Shown here: positions 9,955 through 18,873 of the stretch, piece after piece | Layout: the number at the start of each line of letters is the position of its first letter | Numbering within the stretch: the first letter of the stretch is position 1 | IMG/VR virus record: IMGVR_UViG_3300046453_000081 | Coordinates: 32,001-96,000 of that record | Reading direction: 5' to 3' (one strand) | Source: a virus | DNA: 64,000 bases | Program-made: the position numbers and the translations under genes | The notes under the pieces: model-generated | The model's database searches: none | The model's input: only the letters and a program-made list of their open reading frames with translations | What the model was told of the DNA's origin: nothing

Positions 9955-10977
9955 TTATTTAGCACTTGTATCGGCTAAAAATAAAAACTCTAGGTTCTCA
10001 AATGTGTCTTGACTTACTGAATTTTTTAGTTTATTGACACTCTTTTCTGTTTCGGCTTGTGTTAGTCTCATATGAAGCTGAACTAACTCCACAACCTCTA
10101 GAATGAAATCGTCATCGTATCCCAAAACGTTAAGTATAGAACAGGCTATTTGTCCGCTTACATTCTCATGTCCATAGTAACTAGCAGTGCGCTTAGGCTC
10201 TCCATTAATGTTGGTGAATGTCTTTGTATGTCCCTTCCCTACATCGTGAAATACAGCCACCCAAAGCATTTTAAGAAAGTCTTTAGCATGAGTTATTTTA
10301 TCTTTATTGTAGTTGTCATAAACATATTTATAAACATGGTAAATATGTCTACTAACACTAAATGTATGGTGAGGATTGTCCTGTGGGAGTTCAAATATGT
10401 TTGAAAAGTCAGAAAACTGACAAAGCCCTCTTGGAAAATTGAACATTTCTTCATATGACCAATCATTTAGCAACCATTTTTCAAAATTATCCTTAGTAGT
10501 AAATGGTGTCATATATTTATCATACTTTATCTCAATATTGTCCCAACCTTCAGAATATGTTGGAATTTGTAGGTTTTTAAACATTTTCAGTATAATGTCC
10601 TTACCAACTGTTCTATTTCTATGCAAATCCCTCATTATACATGCTGAATGTGACGTATTAAAATAAATTATATTTCTATTATATTTAAAGAACTCATTGT
10701 TAAAATGAACTCGCTTCTTTCTGCTGATATTAGTTGCATCAATAATGACATTTTTTCCTGAATTTAATAAAACCTTTGCCTGATTGTACATGTATTGAAA
10801 AATTTCAGTATTCTTATCCTGTCTTGATACATCTCCAAACAAAGTCTCTCTTAAACTATCAGAAGAAAGAATTTCAGCATTTAATACACTGGCATTCTCA
10901 ATAGCCCATGAAGACTTCCCTGACGATGGCATCCCACAAAGCATATATACTGTCGCATTTGACATAATTACCACCAC
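9955..10977 (-). CDS. P-loop polynucleotide-kinase-like (AAA_33) + HD domain fusion
   Basis: CGMPSSGKS, SSDSLR, VIIDATN; NPHH...H and AVFHDVGK...GHENVS...HM...AD. Confidence 0.85.
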   Translation of the reverse strand: MVVIMSNATVYMLCGMPSSGKSSWAIENASVLNAEILSSDSLRETLFGDVSRQDKNTEIFQYMYNQAKVLLNSGKNVIIDATNISRKKRVHFNNEFFKYNRNIIYFNTSHSACIMRDLHRNRTVGKDIILKMFKNLQIPTYSEGWDNIEIKYDKYMTPFTTKDNFEKWLLNDWSYEEMFNFPRGLCQFSDFSNIFELPQDNPHHTFSVSRHIYHVYKYVYDNYNKDKITHAKDFLKMLWVAVFHDVGKGHTKTFTNINGEPKRTASYYGHENVSGQIACSILNVLGYDDDFILEVVELVQLHMRLTQAETEKSVNKLKNSVSQDTFENLEFLFLADTSAK

Positions 10978-10983
10978 CCCTAA

Positions 10984-11319
10984 CTATCTTCTTTTTCTTG
11001 ACGAACTGTTTCTAAATTTAGACTTAGAAAAACTTGACTTACTTTTAATGAAAGATTTGGGTTTAGATTTATTTTTTCTAATATTGATTGACTTGGATTT
11101 GCTTTTAGAAAATGCTGATTTTTTTCCATGCTTATTCTTTTTTAGGTCAATACCATAACAATCTTCGTCACCTTCGAGTAAATCTTCTTTATCACAATCT
11201 TCTATCTTATGCTGATTAGAATTATTACTTGTAGGAGTATTTACCACTGTCTTTTGCACTCTTCCACATGCGGTTAACAGAAGTAGTAAAATCATTGTTA
11301 ATATTGTAAATTTTTTCAT
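10984..11319 (-). CDS. Lipoprotein with basic Ser/Lys tail
   Basis: MKK + hydrophobic stretch + LTAC lipobox. Confidence 0.75.
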   Translation of the reverse strand: MKKFTILTMILLLLLTACGRVQKTVVNTPTSNNSNQHKIEDCDKEDLLEGDEDCYGIDLKKNKHGKKSAFSKSKSKSINIRKNKSKPKSFIKSKSSFSKSKFRNSSSRKRR

Positions 11320-11397
11320 AGTTTATAAATCTCCTTTACAATTTCTTCTGAAGACGTACTTTATTTGCTTGTCTGCAAATCAATATTTGGAATAATT

Positions 11398-11736
11398 TCA
11401 CTTGCCATCAAAATCTAACCAATCACTAACCATTTCTTTCTGCCCCAAATCAAGTTTGTTAAAATTTTCAACAAACCATTTCCTCTGTTCTTCAGTAATA
11501 ATTGGTTCAATTATTTTTTCGTCAATATTTATGAATACATATGAACGACTTTCATCCCAAAGGCTACCCATAGGTATGAAAAATTTTTCATACCTAAGCC
11601 TGTCATAAGCGCTATATGGATAGTCATCAATGACTTCTTGTGCAAAAATGCTGTGTTCACCGTAATCACATGGATGAAATATTCCTTCAGGGTCTAACCA
11701 ACCTGTCAATCCTTTAATTTCACTCATGTTAATCAC
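11398..11736 (-). CDS. Hypothetical protein (GWLDPEG.FHPC...H family)
   Basis: Recurrent phage motif. Confidence 0.65.
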   Translation of the reverse strand: MINMSEIKGLTGWLDPEGIFHPCDYGEHSIFAQEVIDDYPYSAYDRLRYEKFFIPMGSLWDESRSYVFINIDEKIIEPIITEEQRKWFVENFNKLDLGQKEMVSDWLDFDGK

Positions 11737-11740
11737 CTTT

Positions 11741-12277
11741 CTACTTTTTCAATTCTTTTTTAAATTCACCATAGCTTCCAAAATTATCTTTAATTTCTTT
11801 CTTCAGTGTAGCAATATCAACACCATACTTATGTAACATGTAAGCTGTTGCGTCACTATCTGTTAAATCACTGAAGTTACAAATTGGGCAAAGTGATTCA
11901 GGAACACTGTATCTAAACTCATAATCGTTCAATAAGTCTCCCCAATCGAAATCATCTTCCTTGGAATCGTCAAGGTAATCTGCTAAATCTTTCTCGTATT
12001 CTTTTACCATGTCAGCATAGTAGTTGTCGCCACGCTTGGCATCATAAGATTCTACATATTCTTTGTATCTTTCAATGTTTGCTTTGACTAGTTCTATAAC
12101 CACTGCTCTTTCATCGTAGCTCTCCATATGGTCTTCGCAAATGGTGTGTCCATTCTCGCATTCAACCATATTTGCTTCACTTAAACACATATCCCAACCA
12201 CTTTCGTCATGACCACAACTATCACAAATAAAACTACTTGAACTACTGTTTGTTACAAATGATTTACGTACTTTCAT
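11741..12277 (-). CDS. FVTNSSSSSF-motif protein 4, Cys/His metal-binding
   Basis: MKVRKSFVTNSSSSSFICDSCG; CENGHTICEDH; CPIC. Confidence 0.85.
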   Translation of the reverse strand: MKVRKSFVTNSSSSSFICDSCGHDESGWDMCLSEANMVECENGHTICEDHMESYDERAVVIELVKANIERYKEYVESYDAKRGDNYYADMVKEYEKDLADYLDDSKEDDFDWGDLLNDYEFRYSVPESLCPICNFSDLTDSDATAYMLHKYGVDIATLKKEIKDNFGSYGEFKKELKK

Positions 12278-12298
12278 TATATCTTACACTCCCCTATA

Positions 12299-12715
12299 TT
12301 AATATTCTTCTCTAATGAGAATAATCTCTGAATCTTTTTTTGGTAAACTTCTCAACAACCCTGATAAAGTTTCATCATTGTAATCCACACTAATATCTAC
12401 AATACCATAACCATCATTAATGTATTCCATCATTTTATTATATTTATCAGTCAAGTAATCATCGTCTTTTAAAATGTCTTTAATAGTACGTGCTTGACTC
12501 CAACCGTATTGGTAAATAAAATGTCCATCTAATTCTTCCTCTGTTGTAATTGCATTATCAAAATCAAAGAGTTGTTTAACCATAAGGTAAGATGATTTAA
12601 AGATTACAGGAACACTCTCCATTGCTTCTTCAGTTTCTCTTAATCCCTCACTTTTAAATCCAATAACAAAGCTACTGCTAGAACTGTTTGTTACAAATCC
12701 TTTCCGTATCTTCAA
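12299..12715 (-). CDS. FVTNSSSSSF-motif protein 3
   Basis: Reassigned TTG start at 12715 overlapping upstream TGA gives MKIRKGFVTNSSSSSF. Confidence 0.85.
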   Translation of the reverse strand: MKIRKGFVTNSSSSSFVIGFKSEGLRETEEAMESVPVIFKSSYLMVKQLFDFDNAITTEEELDGHFIYQYGWSQARTIKDILKDDDYLTDKYNKMMEYINDGYGIVDISVDYNDETLSGLLRSLPKKDSEIILIREEY

Positions 12716-12987
12716 TCTCGCCACTTCCAATCTATTAAATTTGTATTAACACCAATTTTTTCAAGATATTCAACCATATCAAAGTTGTCCATACTTGTAT
12801 AGAAATCAAGATGCTCTCCATCATCACGAATAGACCAACCATCATATTCATGGCAAGGCTCACCAAACTCCCATGCTCTGTCTTCATGTCCCATAATTAA
12901 CTCTAGTTGAAATGGTGAAATGAATTTTCTACTAATAATAAAACTAGAACTGCTTGAATTTGTTACAAAGCCATTTCTTATCTTCAA
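12712..12987 (-). CDS. FVTNSSSSSF-motif protein 2
   Basis: TTG start; MKIRNGFVTNSSSSSF. Confidence 0.85.
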   Translation of the reverse strand: MKIRNGFVTNSSSSSFIISRKFISPFQLELIMGHEDRAWEFGEPCHEYDGWSIRDDGEHLDFYTSMDNFDMVEYLEKIGVNTNLIDWKWRD

Positions 12988-12993
12988 AGTAAA

Positions 12994-13323
12994 TTACCTC
13001 AATTTCTTGAATGCAAATTTTGTCAATGAACTACCAACTTCTTCATCTAATTCATTTTTCAACCAATTAAAGAATTCATCCTCAGTAAATTCTTTAATTT
13101 CATTGACGTTGTTAAGCATAAGCTTCATCATGTAACCATCGGATAGAGCATATTCATACATTTCATTTACTTCAATGTTAATATTTCCTGTTGTCAATTC
13201 AAAAGTAATTTCATTAATGTATGAACTACCATAATCACAGGTTGAGCAACCGCCATATGAATGTGTATCAGTGTATATTTCGTTGATTCCACCATTTTTC
13301 ATTTCTAATATCATTAATATCAC
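12994..13323 (-). CDS. Hypothetical protein with GCSTCDYGS motif
   Basis: CxxC; embedded in the motif-protein cluster; AGGAG RBS. Confidence 0.7.
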   Translation of the reverse strand: MILMILEMKNGGINEIYTDTHSYGGCSTCDYGSSYINEITFELTTGNINIEVNEMYEYALSDGYMMKLMLNNVNEIKEFTEDEFFNWLKNELDEEVGSSLTKFAFKKLR

Positions 13324-13336
13324 TCCTAATAGTTTT

Positions 13337-13666
13337 TTATTCTCCTACTTCACCATAATAAAGTTTAACTAAATAAGTAGGTATATCTACATTGAGTTTT
13401 TCTTTTACTTGATTGACAAATTGTTCTTTCATCTGTGGGAGTGTCATAGTTTCCATTAATTCCTCAATATCAATGCCCGCATAACTTACATAATCGTAAT
13501 CGCCATAGAAGTTTACTACTTTGCCATCACTAATACCATAACTACATCTAGGTTTGTCAATTTTTTCTGCTTTCAATAATTCCTCAATAGTATTGTCATT
13601 ACTTACCCCAACAATTACAAAACTACTAGAACTTGAGTTCGTCACAAAACTTTTACGTATTTTCAA
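13337..13666 (-). CDS. FVTNSSSSSF-motif protein 1
   Basis: TTG start with GGAGG RBS; MKIRKSFVTNSSSSSF. Confidence 0.85.
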   Translation of the reverse strand: MKIRKSFVTNSSSSSFVIVGVSNDNTIEELLKAEKIDKPRCSYGISDGKVVNFYGDYDYVSYAGIDIEELMETMTLPQMKEQFVNQVKEKLNVDIPTYLVKLYYGEVGE

Positions 13667-13682
13667 AATGCATATACCTCCC

Positions 13683-14126
13683 TTATTTTGTCATTGCATC
13701 TTTTACTAGCTGTGAAACTTGCTTCATATCTACCTTACCTTTTAATCTCTGAGACAGGTACTTCATGATATTATCAATTTCACCATTTTCGGCTAAACTG
13801 ATTACATGTGCAATTACTTCTAACACTTCTGTTGCAGACATTTGTTTTGGCAAATATGTTAATAATAACTCTTTTTCTGCAACTTGTTTTGAAGTATCAC
13901 GCCCCGCATTGACCAATGACTCTACTTCTTGATTAATTGTTTTAAGGTTTTTGCTAATTGCATCAATAATGTCTGATTCAGTCAACTCAGTCATTAATGT
14001 TAACTTTTTTTCAACTTTCTTTTTTTCGATAGTCGCAATTAGCATTCTAAGAGTGGACAACTTATCTTTTTCTTTATTACGCATGGCTTGTTTCATATCA
14101 TTCTGAATCGTTTCAATTAGTTTCAT
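13683..14126 (-). CDS. GatB/YqeY domain protein
   Basis: DMKQAMRNKEKDKLSTLRML...AGR...E...YLPKQMS...GKVDMKQVSQLVK. Confidence 0.9.
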   Translation of the reverse strand: MKLIETIQNDMKQAMRNKEKDKLSTLRMLIATIEKKKVEKKLTLMTELTESDIIDAISKNLKTINQEVESLVNAGRDTSKQVAEKELLLTYLPKQMSATEVLEVIAHVISLAENGEIDNIMKYLSQRLKGKVDMKQVSQLVKDAMTK

Positions 14127-14506
14127 TTTGTTGGCTCTCCTGTCTTTTTCTTTTCATCTTTAAAAGTGTATAATTTTAATGAAAATAATTTTTTAAATGT
14201 TGGAAATGTAATACCAATAATCATTGGTGGAATATCGAATATCATTCTAATAACATGATATAGTCTTAAATCCTTTTTATACTGTCCAATTAAAATATGT
14301 TTATATCCTTTTTTAAAGCCATATTCTGTTACTTCATCCCAAACATCATAAGCACGTAATAGGAAATATATTGCGTAAACAATCCATAGAATCATTTGCC
14401 ACCAAGTTAAAGACACAAGTCGTGTCAACCAAAAATCAATATCAAACATTTTATCACTTCTCCTTTTATAAAAATAACTTACAGATGCTCTCCATAATAC
14501 TGTCAA
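14123..14506 (-). CDS. Membrane protein (probable start MFDIDF)
   Basis: Hydrophobic helix; AAGGAG RBS before internal ATG. Confidence 0.6.
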   Translation of the reverse strand: MTVLWRASVSYFYKRRSDKMFDIDFWLTRLVSLTWWQMILWIVYAIYFLLRAYDVWDEVTEYGFKKGYKHILIGQYKKDLRLYHVIRMIFDIPPMIIGITFPTFKKLFSLKLYTFKDEKKKTGEPTK

Positions 14507-14574
14507 GAGCAGATAAGAAAACTATCAATATGAGAGTGAATGCAAAGGGGTGTTTGTCTGCAAACTTCCACATA

Positions 14575-14775
14575 TTATTCAGATTCAATCCATTCAAATT
14601 CTAATTCAACTAGGTCTTGAATATGGTCATTCTTGTCTATGAATCTGTACCAAGTATCATTCCATTCTGAAAGACCTACACATGTCACAATCTCACCTAT
14701 TACAAAATCATGCGCCCCTGCTTCTTCGTAATCAATTACTTTTGCTTGTTTTCCTATTTTCATTATATTTAGCAC
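14575..14775 (-). CDS. Small SH3-like hypothetical protein
   Basis: ORF track; RBS. Confidence 0.55.
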   Translation of the reverse strand: MLNIMKIGKQAKVIDYEEAGAHDFVIGEIVTCVGLSEWNDTWYRFIDKNDHIQDLVELEFEWIESE

Positions 14776-14778
14776 TCC

Positions 14779-15867
14779 TTAGACATTAAAAATATTTTTC
14801 TCTTCTCTATTGCACAATGTTATTTGGTTCACTACAGGACATCCACCCATGCATAATTCCCTTTGTTTGCAACCTCCACAGCTATATCTTAAATGATTGC
14901 GGAATTGATTAAATAAATCACTATTCCAACCTTCCTCAATAGAATGAGTATTTAAATCTATTGCCCATCTTTCTTTTTGGTTGTCAAATGAACATGGTAG
15001 CAATTTATTGTCAGGTGTAATATAACAACTGTACCTACTTGCTTCGCAAGCATCTGTACTATCCATATTGATATTCTTATTAAAATTGACTAATCCTGCC
15101 ATATTGCAACTATCAAACCCAATTTGAAAGTCAAAATTCATTTGGTCAATGATGCTATAAAATTCTGCAACCTTTGGGTCATCAACTTTTAATACATTTG
15201 CTTCACTACCTAATCCAACAGGTTTATGCAATAAGAAAACAACCGCATTAATTCCTTTAGGGAAATCATTGTTTTTTAATCTCTCGATAGCTTCATCAAT
15301 ACTATTGTTGCCAAGAACATAATGAATATTGGTTGAGATTCCTGCATCAATAAACATTTGTAATGCTCTATAAGTGTGAGATTGACGATAGAAGCTGACT
15401 GCCACAGAACCCGCAAATTCTTTTGTAATCTCTACTTCCTTCTTAGTTAGTCCAAGCCCACTAGTCGTGTAGTTGGGTGCAATCCCATTTTCTCTACAAT
15501 AACTCATAATTTCAGCAAACGACTCATGCTTGTTGACATCTCCTCTGCCCCCTAAAGCAAACTGAAATGAATTACCTTTTGATTGGTCAACAATTTTTTT
15601 GAAAGTTTCTAAGGACATATTTGGTTCTGTTTTTCCTAATCCGTTTTGATAGCATTCTACTCCTGCTTTAACACATAGACCTGATTTACCATGTATACAG
15701 CTTCCCATAATGCCAACGTCAATTAATTCAGGGTACGATGCCATAAATGGGTCAATCCCTGTATCCTTACCGTTGTCAATGATTCCTGTTCTTACATAGA
15801 ATCCTGTCTCAGTATTAAACATAGATACAAATTTATTTTCCTTATCTACTCTAGTAATCATGCTCAT
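14779..15867 (-). CDS. Radical SAM/SPASM-domain protein with non-canonical CX7CX6C motif
   Basis: LIDVGIMGS-CIHGKSGLCVKAGVEC-YQ, ALGGRGD, NYTTSG, VAVSF; SPASM CEAS...LPCSF...CGGCKQRELCMGGCP. Confidence 0.9.
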   Translation of the reverse strand: MSMITRVDKENKFVSMFNTETGFYVRTGIIDNGKDTGIDPFMASYPELIDVGIMGSCIHGKSGLCVKAGVECYQNGLGKTEPNMSLETFKKIVDQSKGNSFQFALGGRGDVNKHESFAEIMSYCRENGIAPNYTTSGLGLTKKEVEITKEFAGSVAVSFYRQSHTYRALQMFIDAGISTNIHYVLGNNSIDEAIERLKNNDFPKGINAVVFLLHKPVGLGSEANVLKVDDPKVAEFYSIIDQMNFDFQIGFDSCNMAGLVNFNKNINMDSTDACEASRYSCYITPDNKLLPCSFDNQKERWAIDLNTHSIEEGWNSDLFNQFRNHLRYSCGGCKQRELCMGGCPVVNQITLCNREEKNIFNV

Positions 15868-15913
15868 TTTAATGTTCCCCTTTTACTGTTTAGTTTATTA
15901 TATTTATCACTTA

Positions 15914-16252
15914 TTATACACTATAATTATTTGGATGATATTGTAATGATTGTTCAAATCTAATTTCTTCACCATCTTCATTCTTAACAAAATGGTATAC
16001 TCTAACATCTATGCCACACTCAACACAATTCGCTACACCATGTGCTATTCCCCATTGAATATATAGAGATTCATCACACAACCAACATGTTTTAGATGGT
16101 TTTACAAAAGCTTTTAGATATTCATTTAACAAATCTTCTGATATTCCTTTTGGAATTCTTATTAAGTCCTCGACTGTTGCAACAGGAAGCTTTTTTGCTT
16201 CTTCAAGTTTCTTTGCAGTTTCTTCTTTATTCATTGTATTAGTTACCTCCAA
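15914..16252 (-). CDS. Zn-finger hypothetical protein
   Basis: CWLC...WGIAHG...CVECG. Confidence 0.65.
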   Translation of the reverse strand: MEVTNTMNKEETAKKLEEAKKLPVATVEDLIRIPKGISEDLLNEYLKAFVKPSKTCWLCDESLYIQWGIAHGVANCVECGIDVRVYHFVKNEDGEEIRFEQSLQYHPNNYSV

Positions 16253-17276
16253 TCAGATTATTCACATGCTCAACTGCTGTTTCAAGTCTTTCTTGATAAT
16301 TGCCTGAAATACTGACATAATTAACATAAAATTCTTTTAACAATCCTTTTAGATATTCATTGTTAGATTCACGTATACCTTGTTCCCCATGAACTCTAGT
16401 TCCATCATCCACCCACTTTACATCAGGTTCTAGGAACAACCATAAATCATATTCTTGCATATGAGCGATTGCTTCTAAAATAGGATTCCACTTCTTCAAG
16501 TATAGCAAAGAATAGTATTGAGTGACTATTGCTTCTGTGTCAATAAAAAGAACTTTATTCGCCTTTTGTAATTGCACTTTTTCATGGTATTTATGTTCGA
16601 AAGCTATTTCAGGATAATCAGATGGCAATGTTATATCGTCACATCCACCAAGTCGTTCATAGAAGGTTCTGCCAAATTCTTCTACAAAAGTTGTGTTATA
16701 TAGACTTGCTAAATTTTTAACTAGAGTTGACTTTCCGCAACTTTCCGTCCCTACAATTACTACCTTCTTAGCAAAGTATGGTCTAACAATTTCAGGTAGC
16801 ATGTCCCAATGTTTCATCGCTCCCTCAGTTCTTAGTTCAGTGGCTGATATATTATAATTTTCTCGTTTAGCATCAACAACAACATGTTGTGCTGTCGGAT
16901 ACAGTTTACTAAAGAACTCACCATATTCATGTTCTGAACTGAATACTACATCAATATGTTTGCCAATAGCTTTTTTAATACCATCTGCCCCTTTTTCCCA
17001 ATCCGAGAACTGTCCTGTTTGTTTCTCCTCTATTGCATGAACGTGGACATGGGACATATCCTTTGTTATCTGTTTCCACCATCGTAGTCGAATATTGAAA
17101 GGCACATGCTCCATTTTTGTATTTTTAAATAATACATTTTTCTCAAATTCATCATCATATGAAACTATAATGTGTAATTCGTCCACCATTGTACTTGCCT
17201 TAATCATTGCGTAAACATGTCCATTGTGGATAGGGCTGAATTTACCTCCATAAAAACCAACTTTACCAACTGTCAT
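16239..17276 (-). CDS. nadR: NadR-type NMN adenylyltransferase / ribosylnicotinamide kinase (no HTH)
   Basis: GGKFSPIHNGH (HxGH), ISATELR, VGTESCGKSTL, EEFGR, LFIDTE, WVDDGTR. Confidence 0.92.
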   Translation of the reverse strand: MTVGKVGFYGGKFSPIHNGHVYAMIKASTMVDELHIIVSYDDEFEKNVLFKNTKMEHVPFNIRLRWWKQITKDMSHVHVHAIEEKQTGQFSDWEKGADGIKKAIGKHIDVVFSSEHEYGEFFSKLYPTAQHVVVDAKRENYNISATELRTEGAMKHWDMLPEIVRPYFAKKVVIVGTESCGKSTLVKNLASLYNTTFVEEFGRTFYERLGGCDDITLPSDYPEIAFEHKYHEKVQLQKANKVLFIDTEAIVTQYYSLLYLKKWNPILEAIAHMQEYDLWLFLEPDVKWVDDGTRVHGEQGIRESNNEYLKGLLKEFYVNYVSISGNYQERLETAVEHVNNLIGGN

Positions 17277-17980
17277 TATCTCTCACCTTGTTCCTTTGAT
17301 AGTTTCAGCCAATTGATGAACCCAAATACCGAGTTGACCAAAAATGCTGACCACATCACTAACATTGCGTAATCGTTCCCGCCTTTTGAAGCCAATACAA
17401 TGAACCACATTGTAACCGATAATACATTTACTACAATCCACAAAACCCACTGTTCTGCAAATCGTTTTAACATTAAAAATTGTGCAATGATAGATAACAC
17501 TACCGCTATTGAATCCAATCTAACCTGTTGCCCACCAATTGCATTTAGAATATAAGCATAAATACTGGAAGTGACCACCATTATTGTAATTAAGTACACC
17601 CAACCTTTATTTGTTAAACGATTAACTATAACATCTTCACCTTTAACACTGTTATCTGTCTTATGCTTGCTCCACATATAGATACCAATAAATTGAATTG
17701 GAAGATAGAATAAGCCATTTAGCATTGACTCTCCGTATAATCCATATGTGTAGGAGATATACGTGTAGGTGACTGTTTGAACAATACCAAAGTAGTAGTT
17801 TGATATTTTGCCTTTTGCAACAAGCAGAACGCAAAGCATACCTGTTATTGAACTTACAAGTCCAATTAATGAATCATGGAGTGCAATAAAGAGATATATG
17901 TTTACTCCTGTGAATGTTAATAGCCACATCTTTTCGAATAGTGTCCAATCCTTTAGTAATTTGTTCATTATAATTATCAC
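17276..17980 (-). CDS. pnuC: Nicotinamide riboside transporter PnuC
   Basis: Multi-TM; VAKGKISNYYFG, GLYGE, EQWVLWIVVN; coupled to nadR. Confidence 0.92.
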   Translation of the reverse strand: MIIIMNKLLKDWTLFEKMWLLTFTGVNIYLFIALHDSLIGLVSSITGMLCVLLVAKGKISNYYFGIVQTVTYTYISYTYGLYGESMLNGLFYLPIQFIGIYMWSKHKTDNSVKGEDVIVNRLTNKGWVYLITIMVVTSSIYAYILNAIGGQQVRLDSIAVVLSIIAQFLMLKRFAEQWVLWIVVNVLSVTMWFIVLASKGGNDYAMLVMWSAFLVNSVFGFINWLKLSKEQGER

Positions 17981-17998
17981 CCTTCATGTTTAAGTTTT

Positions 17999-18466
17999 TT
18001 AATAAAAACAACCATATCCAATCTGTACGTTTAGGTTTCCCCAATATCCATTTATAGCCTGTGCTTCCAACACTCTATATTCAAAGTTTTTGGGCATACT
18101 GTAGGAGATAAACCACATAAATAATTCAAACATATCTCCTCCGCTTAGATAATCATTACCTTTAGTTAGCTTTTTACCATACATTGTACAACCATGTTCA
18201 ATAAGTATTTCTAATGCTTCCTCTTCAATTTCTGAATCTTGATATTCTGTTGCTATTTGTCGCCAACTACCATATCCGTTGCATTCAGGTAATCCAGTAT
18301 AGTTTTCATTATGATTTAATTGCAATCCAATCTTTTTACATGTGTCCTTGTATGCTTGCTGTAAATCTTCAACTGGATAGTTTGAAATAATATAGTAGTC
18401 ACTGCTTTGATTGTGACCATCACATGACCAATCACCAATAGGCACTTTCAATATATGTTCTGTCAT
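17999..18466 (-). CDS. Conserved phage hypothetical (IGDWS.DGH...GYG.F)
   Basis: Recurrent motif; GGGAG RBS. Confidence 0.7.
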   Translation of the reverse strand: MTEHILKVPIGDWSCDGHNQSSDYYIISNYPVEDLQQAYKDTCKKIGLQLNHNENYTGLPECNGYGSWRQIATEYQDSEIEEEALEILIEHGCTMYGKKLTKGNDYLSGGDMFELFMWFISYSMPKNFEYRVLEAQAINGYWGNLNVQIGYGCFY

Positions 18467-18490
18467 CGTTATTTTTCTCTCCCTGTTAGG

Positions 18491-18796
18491 TTATTTTTCA
18501 GTAGAACTCCTCAACCCTAAAGCTAATTCGATTACTTGAATATAGTAATCATCCCAATTTTTATCAGGCAACTTGTAATCTAGACACCCTTCTTGTCTAA
18601 GTAGGTTTCTAACGTTTGTTCCCCAACCATGATGATATGGGATTGCCCATTCTATCTCTCCATCTTGCTCATACGCATTTTTGATTTCATCTATTTCTTC
18701 TTGTTCAAATTCCTTTTGAATTAATTTAACACATTCTTCTAAGAAATCTTTTGGTATTTCTGACAACTTTTCGTCATAATATGCTTTATTCGACAT
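18491..18796 (-). CDS. Hypothetical protein (HHGWGTNVRN)
   Basis: GGAGG RBS. Confidence 0.7.
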   Translation of the reverse strand: MSNKAYYDEKLSEIPKDFLEECVKLIQKEFEQEEIDEIKNAYEQDGEIEWAIPYHHGWGTNVRNLLRQEGCLDYKLPDKNWDDYYIQVIELALGLRSSTEK

Positions 18797-18873
18797 GGTT
18801 TTCCTCCTATGTTCGTTATATAATACAATACGTGGATATGAGTCTAGTAAAGGATTCAGAATATTCCAAATAT

